DNA of 51,702 nt, from NCBI GenBank assembly GCA_045650885.1, contig JAZRRQ010000012.1:1-51702 (forward strand). The letters are read 5' to 3'. This document shows positions 18,514 through 27,762 of the stretch, piece by piece (within the stretch, counting starts at the first letter, position 1; each line of letters starts with the position of its first letter). Under the pieces are notes generated by a model. That model did not search any database and was not told the origin of the DNA. It saw only the letters and a list, made by a program, of their open reading frames with translations. Origin of the DNA: Vescimonas sp. (GTDB lineage: Bacteria; Bacillota; Clostridia; Oscillospirales; Oscillospiraceae). Both the position numbers and the translations under genes were made by a program.

Positions 18514-20820
18514 TCATTCACTTCTCTTCCAATAATACAACCGGCTGTCCCAGTCCTTCATGGCAGCCACACCGTCAGTAAATCCCGCGCCGGAAAAACA
18601 GGGTACAGGATAGAATCCCGCAGCACAGAACATACTGCCGCTGGCGGTCAGTTCCAGCGTCTGCTCGTGGAACTGCACCACCTTGTCCGCCACCGCATAA
18701 GCCACACTGCCCGGCCGCAGGCGCACAGGAGAGATCATATTCACCAGCGAGCCAAAATCCGGCAGGCGCACATCCATCGGGAAACTGCGCAGCGTATAGG
18801 TCATATTGGCATCCAGACCCGCCGCACGCAGCGGATACTGCCCCTGATTGGGCATATTCTGCCGTACATAGTGGATGCCCATGGCCTCCGTGCGATCTTC
18901 CGACACCACCATCCAAAAGAGGTCGTTTTCCGTCTGCCGCACACGGTAGAAGGTGCCATACTGGAACAGGCGGCGGTGTTCCTTATAAAAAGCCACCTGT
19001 CGCTTCACTTCTTCCCGCTCCTGGGTACTCAAATCACCCAGATCCAACTCGTAGCCCAGCAGACCAAAGCAGGCCATATGGAAGCGGCTGCGCAGCGGTG
19101 TCTGCCGCAGCGTCTGATGATTGGGACTGGCCGACACATGGCATCCCAATGCCGACTGAGGATATCCATAGCTGTAGCCGCTCTGGATATGGCTGCGGCA
19201 CTGGGCATCTGTATTGTCGCTGGCCCACACCTGAGGCATATAGCACAGCATGCCCAAATCTGCACGGTTGCCGCCGGAAGCGCAGCTTTCAAAGAGAACA
19301 TCGGGGAAGTCTTCCGTCAGCCGCTGCAGCACGCTGTACAGACCCAACACATAGCGGTGTGCCACCTCGCCCTGCCGGGAAGCCGGGAGCGCCGGCGAGA
19401 AGGTGTCGGTCATGATGCGGTTCATATCCCACTTGATGTAGCGCACATCGCCGCTGCGCAGCAGACGCGCCACGCTCTCGTAGATATAGTCGCACACCTC
19501 AGCGCGGCTGAGGTCGAGGATATACTGGTTGCGGCCCATAGCCTGCATCCGGTGGCCCAGAATCCAGTCACTGTGTTCACGGAAGAGCGTACTCTTTTCG
19601 CTGATCATCTCCGGCTCCACCCACACGCCCAGATCGATGCGGATCTTTTTCATGTCACGTGCAAGCGCCTCAAATCCGCCGGGCAGTTTCTTCTTGTCCT
19701 CCGTCCAATCGCCCAGCGCCCGGGTATCGTCACTGCGGCCCACGAACCAGCCGTCGTCCACCACCAGCAGCTCAGCGTCCACGCTTTTGGCTTCCCTGGC
19801 CAGCTTCACCAGCTTGGCGCGGCTGATCTTGAAATAGAGCCCCTCCCAACTGTTCACCAGCACAGGGCGCTCCTTTCCCTGCCATTGCGGACGCACCACA
19901 TGATGCCGCACAAACTGGTGCATGCAGCGGCTCAGACCGCCGAAACCAGCCGCACTGTAAGCCATTACCATCTGGGGCGAATCCAGACTCTTTCCATGGC
20001 TTAAAAGCCAGGAGAATCCATCCACACCCATACCCTGCACCACACGAACACTGCCGTAAGCATTCTGCGATGCACAGCCGTAGTGATTGCCGCTGTACAG
20101 GAGGTTACATCCCCACACGCTGCCCGCCGTTTCTGTGGCGTTGCAGCTGACCATGGCAAAGGGATTGCAGCGGTTGGAGCTGACACCTACCGCGCTGTCC
20201 CACACCAGCTTGCCCTGCAGCGGCTGATCCTGCCGCTCCATCTCCCGGGCCCATGCGCCGCGGAATGTGGTGAGGATATAATCATCCTGCGGCAGATCCA
20301 GTTGGCCGCTCAGCAACCGATGCACCGTCACTGCTTCACCGGTGTCATTCACCAGCCGGCTCCAGCGCACAATGGCATCCGCCTTCTCAAAAACCGTATA
20401 ATACAGCTCCAGATACAGCTGGCAACTCTGCTCTTTGAGCACTACTTTCAGCGTCTCCCGGCCGCCCAGCGCCGCAGGCAGTCCGTCAGGTGCAGCGTTT
20501 ACGCTGCGCTCGTAATAGGCAAAGCGGAACGCGGCAGCACGTCCGCCATCAGGCAGCACCACGTCCACCAGACTCTCGCCCGTATTACCCCAGCCCACAC
20601 TGCTGCACTCCTGCGCCATATTCTCCAGACTAATGCCATCCTCCAGCACGGCAGCATTGCCGGGCGGAAACAGCGGACGCGGCGCCGTGAGGCCATAGTC
20701 CTCCAAGCGGCGCAGCTTACCGCCATAGTAGAGATGGCGCAGCACGCCGCCCGACACGTCAAAGGCATAGGCGGTATGGTCTGTTTCCAGTACAAAACAA
20801 AGATTATCAACGGTGATCAT
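18514..20820 (-). CDS. Alpha-galactosidase (GH36)
   Basis: VLVNSWEG, LVVDDGWF, GVWVEPEM, YIKWDMNR, FESCASGGNR, WASDNTD; start MITVD after GGGAGG (the ORF-track extension to 21570 is spurious). Confidence 0.92.
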   Translation of the reverse strand: MITVDNLCFVLETDHTAYAFDVSGGVLRHLYYGGKLRRLEDYGLTAPRPLFPPGNAAVLEDGISLENMAQECSSVGWGNTGESLVDVVLPDGGRAAAFRFAYYERSVNAAPDGLPAALGGRETLKVVLKEQSCQLYLELYYTVFEKADAIVRWSRLVNDTGEAVTVHRLLSGQLDLPQDDYILTTFRGAWAREMERQDQPLQGKLVWDSAVGVSSNRCNPFAMVSCNATETAGSVWGCNLLYSGNHYGCASQNAYGSVRVVQGMGVDGFSWLLSHGKSLDSPQMVMAYSAAGFGGLSRCMHQFVRHHVVRPQWQGKERPVLVNSWEGLYFKISRAKLVKLAREAKSVDAELLVVDDGWFVGRSDDTRALGDWTEDKKKLPGGFEALARDMKKIRIDLGVWVEPEMISEKSTLFREHSDWILGHRMQAMGRNQYILDLSRAEVCDYIYESVARLLRSGDVRYIKWDMNRIMTDTFSPALPASRQGEVAHRYVLGLYSVLQRLTEDFPDVLFESCASGGNRADLGMLCYMPQVWASDNTDAQCRSHIQSGYSYGYPQSALGCHVSASPNHQTLRQTPLRSRFHMACFGLLGYELDLGDLSTQEREEVKRQVAFYKEHRRLFQYGTFYRVRQTENDLFWMVVSEDRTEAMGIHYVRQNMPNQGQYPLRAAGLDANMTYTLRSFPMDVRLPDFGSLVNMISPVRLRPGSVAYAVADKVVQFHEQTLELTASGSMFCAAGFYPVPCFSGAGFTDGVAAMKDWDSRLYYWKRSE

Positions 20821-20982
20821 TCTGCCGACCTCCCTCTTGTTTTCTTCATTGTACCATTTCCCCATCGACTTGTCTTGCTTTTGTGTGAATTTTTGCAAAA
20901 AAGTCTCCCGCCGCCCCATTTGACAAAAGGGGGTGCGCATGGTATAAATCAAGAGAAGAAACGTCTCAAAAGGAGATCTGTT

Positions 20983-21627
20983 ATGGGTTATACCAACATT
21001 CTTTTTGATCTGGACGGCACGCTGGTAGATTCCGGCGAAGGCATCCTCAAGTGTGCCGAGCTGGCGCTGCGCCATTTTAATCTGCCCATCCCCACCCCGG
21101 AAGAAATGCGCACCTTTGTCGGTCCTCCCCTGCGGGATTCCTTCCAGCGCTTTGGCTGTACGCCGGAGCAGGCGGAAGAGGCCGTGGCCGTCTACCGCAG
21201 CCGCTATACCACCGTGGGCAAGTTTGAGGGTTTCGTCTATCCCGGCATCCGGGAGTTGCTCAAAGCACTGAAAGCGAGCGGCTGCCGCCTGTTCGTGGCC
21301 ACCTCCAAGCCGGAGAACACCTCCGTGGAGATCCTGAACCACTTCGGCCTTGCCGCCTATTTTGACTGCATCGCCGGTGCTGCGCTGGACAAGTCCCGCG
21401 GCACCAAGGAAGAGGTCATCGCCTATCTCCTCAGTCAGGTGGGTACGCTGGAGAGCGCCCTCATGGTGGGCGACACCGCCTTTGATGTGCTGGGTGCCGC
21501 CGAACACGGCATTCCCTGCGCCGGTGTCAGCTGGGGTTACGGCACGGTAGCAAGCATGGAAGAAGCCCACGCCGCCGCTATTGTGGATAACACCGAAGCG
21601 CTGCTGGCGCTGGTCACGGAGGCATAA
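20983..21627 (+). CDS. HAD-family hydrolase (phosphoglycolate phosphatase/nucleotidase-like)
   Basis: LFDLDGTLVDS, VATSKP, MVGDT; RBS AAGGAG. Confidence 0.9.
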   Translation: MGYTNILFDLDGTLVDSGEGILKCAELALRHFNLPIPTPEEMRTFVGPPLRDSFQRFGCTPEQAEEAVAVYRSRYTTVGKFEGFVYPGIRELLKALKASGCRLFVATSKPENTSVEILNHFGLAAYFDCIAGAALDKSRGTKEEVIAYLLSQVGTLESALMVGDTAFDVLGAAEHGIPCAGVSWGYGTVASMEEAHAAAIVDNTEALLALVTEA

Positions 21628-21629
21628 AA

Positions 21630-22379
21630 ATGGCCATGTTGCTGGAAATATGCGTGGATTCTCTGGCCTCGGCCCGTGCTGCCATCGCCGGCTGTGCCGA
21701 CCGTCTTGAGTTGTGCAGCGCCCTGACCGTGGGCGGTCTGACGCCCTATCCGGAACTACTGCGGCAGATCCGCGCCGAAAGCGCCATCCCCGTACGCTGT
21801 CTCATGCGTCCCCGGGGCGGCGACTTTCTCTATACGAAAGAAGAAATCGACATGATGGCCCAGCAAATTGCCGCACTGCGCCATGCCGGCGCCGACGGCT
21901 TTGTCATCGGCTGTCTCGACGCCGATGGGCGTTTGGATACCGCGGCCATGCAGCCGCTGCTGGATGCTGCCCATGGCTGTGGTCTGACACTCCATCGCTG
22001 CATCGATGTGTCCCGCGACCCACTGCAGACATACCGCGATGCCGCCGCCTGCGGTATCGACACCGTGCTCACCAGCGGTGCGGCAGCCAACTGTGTGGCA
22101 GGACAGTCTGTACTGGCGCAGCTTCTGGCACTGCGGGACGAGATGAGCGGCCCTGAAGTGCTCATCGGTGCCGGTGTCAACGCCGCCGTCATCTCACAGC
22201 TGCGCCAGGCGCTGCCCGGTACCCGGGCCTTCCACGCCAGCTGCAAAGCAGAGGTGGAGAGCGGTATGCGTTTTCGCCGCGCCGGTGTCCCCATGGGCTT
22301 GCCGGGACTGGACGAGTGGCATATCCAGCAGACGGCGATGGACGCTGTCCAATTGGCCAGAGCTGCACTGGAAGCATAA
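21630..22379 (+). CDS. cutC: Copper homeostasis protein CutC family (TIM barrel)
   Basis: LEICVDS, DRLELCSAL..GGLTP, RPRGGDFLY, TLHRCID, VLTSG. Confidence 0.9.
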   Translation: MAMLLEICVDSLASARAAIAGCADRLELCSALTVGGLTPYPELLRQIRAESAIPVRCLMRPRGGDFLYTKEEIDMMAQQIAALRHAGADGFVIGCLDADGRLDTAAMQPLLDAAHGCGLTLHRCIDVSRDPLQTYRDAAACGIDTVLTSGAAANCVAGQSVLAQLLALRDEMSGPEVLIGAGVNAAVISQLRQALPGTRAFHASCKAEVESGMRFRRAGVPMGLPGLDEWHIQQTAMDAVQLARAALEA

Positions 22380-22543
22380 ATTGTCTCTTGCAACCACCGG
22401 TTGCGGAAATGACAGCCGCCGTTGGTGGTCTTTTCCGCCGTCACCTTCAACGGCTCCGGCCTTGCCATGCTGCTGTGCGCAGCAATCATGATGCTGGACC
22501 TTGGACTGGTACTGCGGAAGAAATGAATCGGGAGGTATCTTCC

Positions 22544-22762
22544 ATGAAACATCTTTCCCGCCTCTTTGCCGCCTTGGCCATCCTCCTCTGGGGTGCCATG
22601 TGCGCCGTAGTGGCCTGGAACTACTGCGATATGCTCCACGGCATTGAGCATCACGGTTTTTCTGCGCCGGCCAATGTGGCCTTCTTCCTCGCCATCCCCT
22701 ACGCCCTCGCCATCATTGTGTGCGTGGTGCTGGCCATCATCTTTCACAAGAAAAGCAAATAA
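22544..22762 (+). CDS. Small two-TM membrane protein
   Basis: RBS GGGAGG; two hydrophobic helices around an FSAPA loop; basic tail. Confidence 0.7.
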   Translation: MKHLSRLFAALAILLWGAMCAVVAWNYCDMLHGIEHHGFSAPANVAFFLAIPYALAIIVCVVLAIIFHKKSK

Positions 22763-22793
22763 AAAAACGGCTGCCCGCAGGCAGCCGTTTTTT
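22761..22793. terminator. Bidirectional terminator
   Basis: AAAAAAACGGCTGCC-cgca-GGCAGCCGTTTTTT. Confidence 0.9.
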
Positions 22794-22804
22794 CGTGTCG
22801 CAGT

Positions 22805-23380
22805 TTACTTCTTGATGACGGTACCGTAGATGGTGCCGAAAGCGCAGGTAGCGTTGGCCTCATCGGTGTCGATGTGCATGGCCAGACCGTACTTGGGGCT
22901 GACGCGGACGATGACGTCATCCAGCTCGGCGCTGCGCTCGGACTCGACGCGGACCTTGACCACTTCCTTGTCCACCACATCGAAGGCAGCGGCGTCCTCG
23001 GGAGTCATGTGGATGTGGCGCTTGGCAACCAGCACGCCCTCGGTCAGCTCCAGCTCACCGGCGGGGCCCACCAGCTTGCAGCCGGGGGTACCGGCCACGT
23101 CACCGGACTCGCGGATCATGCCTTCCACGCCCAGCACGCGGGCATCGGTCAGGGACACCTCGATCTGGCACTCGGGACGAGCGGGTCCGAGGATGATGAC
23201 GTTATTGATGGCCTTCTTGGGGCCGACGACGTTGACGCGCTCCTCGCAGGCGAACTGGCCGGGCTGGCTCAGAGCCTTCTTGGGGGTCAGCTGAGCACCC
23301 TCACCGAACAGGACGGCGATGGCTTCCTCGCTCAGGTGGACGTGTCTTGCAGAGGTTTCTACCAGAACTTTCTTTTCCAT
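22805..23380 (-). CDS. pduL: Phosphate propanoyltransferase (PduL-type phosphotransacylase)
   Basis: SARHVHLS, LSQPGQFA, VAKRHIHMT, MHIDTDEANA. Confidence 0.92.
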   Translation of the reverse strand: MEKKVLVETSARHVHLSEEAIAVLFGEGAQLTPKKALSQPGQFACEERVNVVGPKKAINNVIILGPARPECQIEVSLTDARVLGVEGMIRESGDVAGTPGCKLVGPAGELELTEGVLVAKRHIHMTPEDAAAFDVVDKEVVKVRVESERSAELDDVIVRVSPKYGLAMHIDTDEANATCAFGTIYGTVIKK

Positions 23381-23483
23381 GACAATTGTCTCCTTTTCAT
23401 ACTTTATATATTCTAATCAATATTTGTGCTTTGTCTGCCCTATTTCTCTCATATTACCATAGCACAAAACCTGCAAAATGTAA

Positions 23484-23524
23484 AGGGAGCACCGCGGAAC
23501 TTTCCGCGGTGCTCCTACTTTTTT
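23484..23524. terminator. Terminator hairpin
   Basis: GGAGCACCGCGGAA...TTCCGCGGTGCTCC. Confidence 0.75.
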
Positions 23525-23533
23525 CCAATATTT

Positions 23534-24637
23534 TCAGCCCAGCATCATGGTACGCAGCGTGTCGATGTCGCTCTGTGCCACGCCGATACCCAGCAGATAT
23601 CCCTCAATCTTCTCGCTGAGAGTCCCACCGGGCAGGCTCTGCATATAGTCCAGATAGTCGTCCTGAATCCGGCTGAGATGGCGGGAACTGCCAATCGCAC
23701 CGAAGTTACTCAAAAGGTAATCCCGATCCAGGTCCTCGGCAGATACGCCCAGCAGGCCGTTGATCAGATAGCAGATATAGCCGGTGCGATCTGTGCCGAT
23801 GCTGCAATGGATGGCAAAGGGATAGTTCTCCTTATCGCCCAGCAGACGGAACACTTCCACCACGGCAGCCTCGTTGTTGATGCGCAGCTGACCGCGGGTG
23901 CTGTCCATCGGCACCTGTACATACTGTGCGCCGCTGATCAAACTGGTATCCGTCAGACCGCCCACCTCATTGTTATCCACTTGCCGCAGATCCAGCTCCG
24001 TACGGATACCCAGCAGCGCCATGGTCTGCAGACCTTCGGCAGTAATACGCGCCTTGACCACCTGATTGTTGTTCTCATTCAAACGGCCGCAACGGTAGAT
24101 CAGACCCTGTTTTACCCTCTGGCCGCTCCCGGTCTGCCAGCCGCCCAAATCGCGCATATTGGCCACGCCGTCACAATAAATGGTGCGCGGCGCCTCGTCG
24201 GCAGTGGAGAAAGTGCCTGTGGTACTGACGGCCACTTCCTTTTCCCCCTTCACAGCCGCTACGGACCAGTAGTAAGTAATGCCGGTCTTACAGTTATAGA
24301 GCTCCAGCGCAGGCTCTGTCACTTCCAGCACCCACGCATCGCGCAGATCCTCCGTCTCAGCAACACGCACGCGGTAAAACTCCCCCTCGGCACCCTCTAC
24401 CGTCCAGGACAGCGCAATTGCATTGGGATAGCTCTTTTCACCGATGCCGGAAGCAAAGCTGAGCACGCGCCCCACCTCAGCATCCAGATACGCGGCCATC
24501 TTTTCATTGAGCAGAGAAATGTCACTGCCCGCCTCACCCAGAGTCACCGTGCCGGAGGGGCCGCAACCACTCAAAGACAGGATCATCAGCAAAGCCAGCA
24601 GCAAGGAACAAATACGGCGGTTCATTTGTTTGCGCAT
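23534..24637 (-). CDS. Lipoprotein with a Cys-based tyrosine/serine phosphatase domain (Y_phosphatase3-like)
   Basis: Lipobox LSGC; NMRDLGGW, ELDLR, HCSIGTDRTG (CX5R), DYLLSN. Confidence 0.85.
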   Translation of the reverse strand: MRKQMNRRICSLLLALLMILSLSGCGPSGTVTLGEAGSDISLLNEKMAAYLDAEVGRVLSFASGIGEKSYPNAIALSWTVEGAEGEFYRVRVAETEDLRDAWVLEVTEPALELYNCKTGITYYWSVAAVKGEKEVAVSTTGTFSTADEAPRTIYCDGVANMRDLGGWQTGSGQRVKQGLIYRCGRLNENNNQVVKARITAEGLQTMALLGIRTELDLRQVDNNEVGGLTDTSLISGAQYVQVPMDSTRGQLRINNEAAVVEVFRLLGDKENYPFAIHCSIGTDRTGYICYLINGLLGVSAEDLDRDYLLSNFGAIGSSRHLSRIQDDYLDYMQSLPGGTLSEKIEGYLLGIGVAQSDIDTLRTMMLG

Positions 24638-24737
24638 AACGTCTCTCCTTTCCGCGCCGTGATCCGGGCGCGGGTTGTTGTGTCCATTGTATCAAATTTC
24701 TATTTCCTGCACAACCGGAATATCGCGCAACAGCAAA

Positions 24738-24770
24738 TAAAAAAAGCCCCGCCAAGGATTTGGCGGGGCC
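24738..24770 (-). terminator. tRNA terminator
   Basis: GCCCCGCCAA...TTGGCGGGGC stem with an A-tract on the + strand. Confidence 0.85.
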
Positions 24771-24846
24771 TGGAGCTGGAAACGTGACTCGAACACGCGA
24801 CCTGCTGATTACGAATCAGCTGCTCTACCGACTGAGCTATTCCAGC
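24771..24846 (-). tRNA. tRNA-Thr(CGT)
   Basis: Reverse complement GCTGGAATAGCTCAGTCGGTAGAGCAGCTGATTCGTAATCAGCAGGTCGCGTGTTCGAGTCACGTTTCCAGCTCCA; 76 nt, encoded CCA. Confidence 0.97.
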
Positions 24847-24881
24847 ATCATATGAAAGTGGCTACAACAGTCACGGGCGTC

Positions 24882-24910
24882 ATTGTACCATGTTCTCCGC
24901 CCTTTGTCAA
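24882..24910 (-). promoter_or_regulatory. Sigma-A promoter of tRNA-Thr
   Basis: TTGACA, 17 nt, TACAAT with extended TG on the - strand. Confidence 0.8.
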
Positions 24911-25139
24911 TTGCGACTTCACTTTTTTCTCGCCGCGAAAAGTAATACAAACAGTAATCAGCTCTACCATTTTCGGTTAATTTTCCACTGTCAAGTAGCG
25001 CACTTCTCCTCCCTCTTCTTTCTTTCGTCAAATTGCACAGTGCGAAAAAGGCGCCGCCACCGGGAAAGCCCCCTCCTTTTCGTACTTTTTCCCCCTCTTC
25101 TTTTTTCATCATCCAGCGCCATAGTTTGACATAATTCTT

Positions 25140-25193
25140 TTATCCATAAGACACTACAAAGAGTTATTCACATTATCCACAGCTTTTTCCACA
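25140..25193 (+). promoter_or_regulatory. DnaA-box cluster
   Basis: TTATCCATA 25140, TTATTCACA 25164, TTATCCACA 25173, TTTTCCACA 25185, all in one orientation. Confidence 0.65.
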
Positions 25194-25371
25194 TCAAAAA
25201 AACGCAGTAATTCCAATGGTTTTCCCGCTTTTTGCCAGAAAGTTCCACCCACCGAAAACAGGGATGTACACCGTCTTGACACCCCTCGTTTTGTCGACAT
25301 AATTTTATCACCCTTACAATTTTAAGGTGGAAAATTTTTCTCACTTACCATAATCATTTTTTCCCATTAGA

Positions 25372-25406
25372 AAAACGGCACCCTCGGTATAGGGTGCCGT
25401 CTTTTT
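25372..25406 (-). terminator. Terminator of the polA-tsaD operon
   Basis: ACGGCACCCT-cggtat-AGGGTGCCGT flanked by A and T tracts. Confidence 0.8.
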
Positions 25407-25420
25407 GCTTATATCACGTT

Positions 25421-26437
25421 TCAGATGTCCGTTTCGTTTAAATCCATGGTGGCGTAGGCATTCAAATCCAGCGCCGCTCTCTTGCCCGCCAAATACTCAT
25501 AGTAGGCCTGAGAGGCGATCATGGCGCCGTTATCGCCGCACAGCTTCAGCGGCGGCAGATACAGCGTAATGCCCTCCCGACGGCAGGCTTCCTGGAGATC
25601 TGCACGGATGATGGAGTTGGCCGCCACACCGCCGGCCGCCGCCATCACGGTACGGCCGCTCTTTTTGGCCGCAGCGATGGCGCGGGGTACCAGCTCATCG
25701 CTGACGGCGCGGGTAAAGTCACGGGCCAGAGCTGCCTCGTCCAGTACCTCGCCTTTCTGCTGGGCGTTATGCACCAGATTCACCACCGCCGTCTTCAGGC
25801 CGGAGAAACTCATGTCCAGCTCACAGCCGGCCACGTGGGCGCGGGGCAGGTCGTACTTGCCGCCTTCGGACTGCTGCGCCAGAAGGTCCATGGGTTTGCC
25901 GCCGGGATAGGGCAAGCCCAGCACACGGGCAGCCTTATCAAAGCATTCGCCGGCTGCATCGTCGCGGGTAGCGCCCAGAATCTCCATATCGGTATAGTCT
26001 TTCACATCCACGATCAGCGTGTTGCCGCCGGAGATGGCCAGCGCCAGGAAGGGCGGCTGCAAGTCGGGAAACGCCAGATAGTTGGCGGCAATATGGCCGC
26101 GGATATGGTGCACGGGAATCAGCGGCACGCCCAGTCCATAGGCCACAGACTTGGCAAAACTGACGCCAACCAATACCGCACCGATCAGGCCGGGCGCATA
26201 GCTCACCGCCACAGCGTCCACATCCTTTTTGGTGATGCCGGCTTCCCGCAGTGCCTGGTCCGTCAGGCCGGCAATAGCCTCCACGTGCTTGCGCGAGGCG
26301 ATCTCCGGCACAACGCCGCCGTAAAGAGCGTGCATGTCCGCCTGAGAGAGAATGGCATCAGACAACACCTCACGGCCGTCGCGCACCACCGCAACGGCAG
26401 TCTCATCACAGGTAGATTCAAAGGAGAGAATGATCAT
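25421..26437 (-). CDS. tsaD: tRNA N6-threonylcarbamoyltransferase
   Basis: ESTCDET, GGVVPEIASRKH, HHIRGH, DDAAGECFDK, DNGAMIA. Confidence 0.96.
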   Translation of the reverse strand: MIILSFESTCDETAVAVVRDGREVLSDAILSQADMHALYGGVVPEIASRKHVEAIAGLTDQALREAGITKKDVDAVAVSYAPGLIGAVLVGVSFAKSVAYGLGVPLIPVHHIRGHIAANYLAFPDLQPPFLALAISGGNTLIVDVKDYTDMEILGATRDDAAGECFDKAARVLGLPYPGGKPMDLLAQQSEGGKYDLPRAHVAGCELDMSFSGLKTAVVNLVHNAQQKGEVLDEAALARDFTRAVSDELVPRAIAAAKKSGRTVMAAAGGVAANSIIRADLQEACRREGITLYLPPLKLCGDNGAMIASQAYYEYLAGKRAALDLNAYATMDLNETDI

Positions 26438-26904
26438 TGCTCTTCCTCCTTATCAAAATAACGGGTGAGGATCAGCGCATCCTCCTTGGGCAGGTCATAG
26501 TAGTTCTTGCGGCGACCCACCTCTTCAAAACCGTGGCGCTGATACAACGCGATGGCCGCCTCATTGCTGGGGCGCACCTCCAGCGTCAAAAACGCCAATT
26601 GGTTGGCTCTGGCAAAATTCAGGTAAATCTCCAGAATACAGGCAGCCACACCGCGGCGGCGGTATTCCGGGAAAACCGCTACGTTGGTGATATAACCCTC
26701 GTCAGCCACCACCAGAAGACCGGCATAACCCAGTACCGCGCCTGTTTCGCCATCCTCCGCCACCAGAAAAGCGGCGCACTGGTTCTCCAGTTCCTCAGCC
26801 AGCATACGGCGAGACCAGGGACGGGAGAAGCAAATCCGCTCCAGCCGTTCGATCTCATCCAGATGGTCGGCATTCATAGGAACGATTCGAATATTGTTAC
26901 TCAT
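26434..26904 (-). CDS. rimI: Ribosomal-protein alanine N-acetyltransferase
   Basis: ITNVAVFPEYRRRG, LTLEVRPSN, GRRKNYY...EDA; adjacent to tsaD. Confidence 0.92.
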   Translation of the reverse strand: MSNNIRIVPMNADHLDEIERLERICFSRPWSRRMLAEELENQCAAFLVAEDGETGAVLGYAGLLVVADEGYITNVAVFPEYRRRGVAACILEIYLNFARANQLAFLTLEVRPSNEAAIALYQRHGFEEVGRRKNYYDLPKEDALILTRYFDKEEEQ

Positions 26905-26907
26905 CTC

Positions 26908-27762
26908 TTACTCCTCCTTCGTGGCCCGTCCGTAGAGGAACACACCGGCAATCACGATCACGCCGCCCAGAATCACCGGCAGCGTGGGCTTTTCAGCAAA
27001 CAGCAGCAAGCCCCACAGCGCGGAGAACACCGGGTCGAGCAGCTTAACAGTGGATATGTAGGCAGGCGGCAGATATTTCAGGCCCCAGGTAAAGACACTG
27101 TGGCCCAGCAGCGTACACAAAACCGCCATACCCAGCGCCGTCAGCAGATTGTTGGCACCGTAGCCCGTCAGCGGCGTACCGCTGATCAGGGAGAGCGTCA
27201 GCACCGTCAGCGCGGCGCAGCCATACGCCACAAAGGTATAGGTGGTATTGGAGATGCGGCTGCGCACCGAAGCGCCGATCATGGTATACAGCGCCAACAG
27301 GAAGGTAGACGTGAGCGCCAGGACATTACCCAACAGGCCGCTTTCACCGCCGCCGTCAGCCAAAGCCACCATCACAGCACCGATCAGAGACAGGCCCACT
27401 GCCACCCAGCAGCGGCCGGACAGTTTTTTACGAAACACCAGAATACTGCCCAGAGCCACAAACAGCACCTCAGCATCCGACAAGATCACCGCCGAAGCAA
27501 TGGACGTGTGGCGCAGCGACTCAAAGAAGGCAGAGAAGTGCAGTCCCAGACAGCAGCCCGCCGACACCGTCAGCAGCCACTCCTTTTTTGTCATGCCTTT
27601 CAGCTCTTCCCGACCCTTCAGCAGCACCGGCGGCAGCAGAAGCAGTACCGCAATGGTCATGCGGTAGAGCACCAGCACCATACTCGGTGCCGTAGACCAG
27701 CGCACCAGCACGGCAGCGGCGGAAATACCCACCACGCCGCTCAATACAATCAATCGTTTCAT
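26908..27762 (-). CDS. EamA/DMT-family transporter
   Basis: About 10 TM segments; SLRHTSIAS, TLLGHSVFTW; overlaps the polA stop. Confidence 0.88.
   Translation of the reverse strand: MKRLIVLSGVVGISAAAVLVRWSTAPSMVLVLYRMTIAVLLLLPPVLLKGREELKGMTKKEWLLTVSAGCCLGLHFSAFFESLRHTSIASAVILSDAEVLFVALGSILVFRKKLSGRCWVAVGLSLIGAVMVALADGGGESGLLGNVLALTSTFLLALYTMIGASVRSRISNTTYTFVAYGCAALTVLTLSLISGTPLTGYGANNLLTALGMAVLCTLLGHSVFTWGLKYLPPAYISTVKLLDPVFSALWGLLLFAEKPTLPVILGGVIVIAGVFLYGRATKEE

Noticed and set aside
20821-21570. Apparent 1018-aa alpha-galactosidase and 514-aa HAD with long N-terminal extensions
   Set aside because: Each extension is the antisense of the other, divergent gene; good RBS-linked starts exist at 20820 and 20983
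21630-22379. cutC read as choline trimethylamine-lyase linked to the Lic genes
   Set aside because: Name collision only: this is the ~250-aa copper-homeostasis TIM barrel, not the glycyl-radical enzyme
22805-23380. pduL as evidence of a microcompartment locus
   Set aside because: Stand-alone gene with no shell-protein genes in the window
18472-23524. CCGCGGA...TCCGCGG hairpins at about 18480 and 23490 as a repeat family or CRISPR
   Set aside because: Only two copies, both at gene ends, so ordinary terminators; no repeat-spacer array seen anywhere in the window
24771-24846. tRNA-Thr as an island integration site
   Set aside because: No duplicated tRNA 3' end or tyrosine integrase seen; a normal terminator follows directly
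26908-27762. EamA transporter as the missing LicB choline permease
   Set aside because: It is embedded in the polA-rimI-tsaD operon 14 kb away, with nothing tying it to the Lic locus
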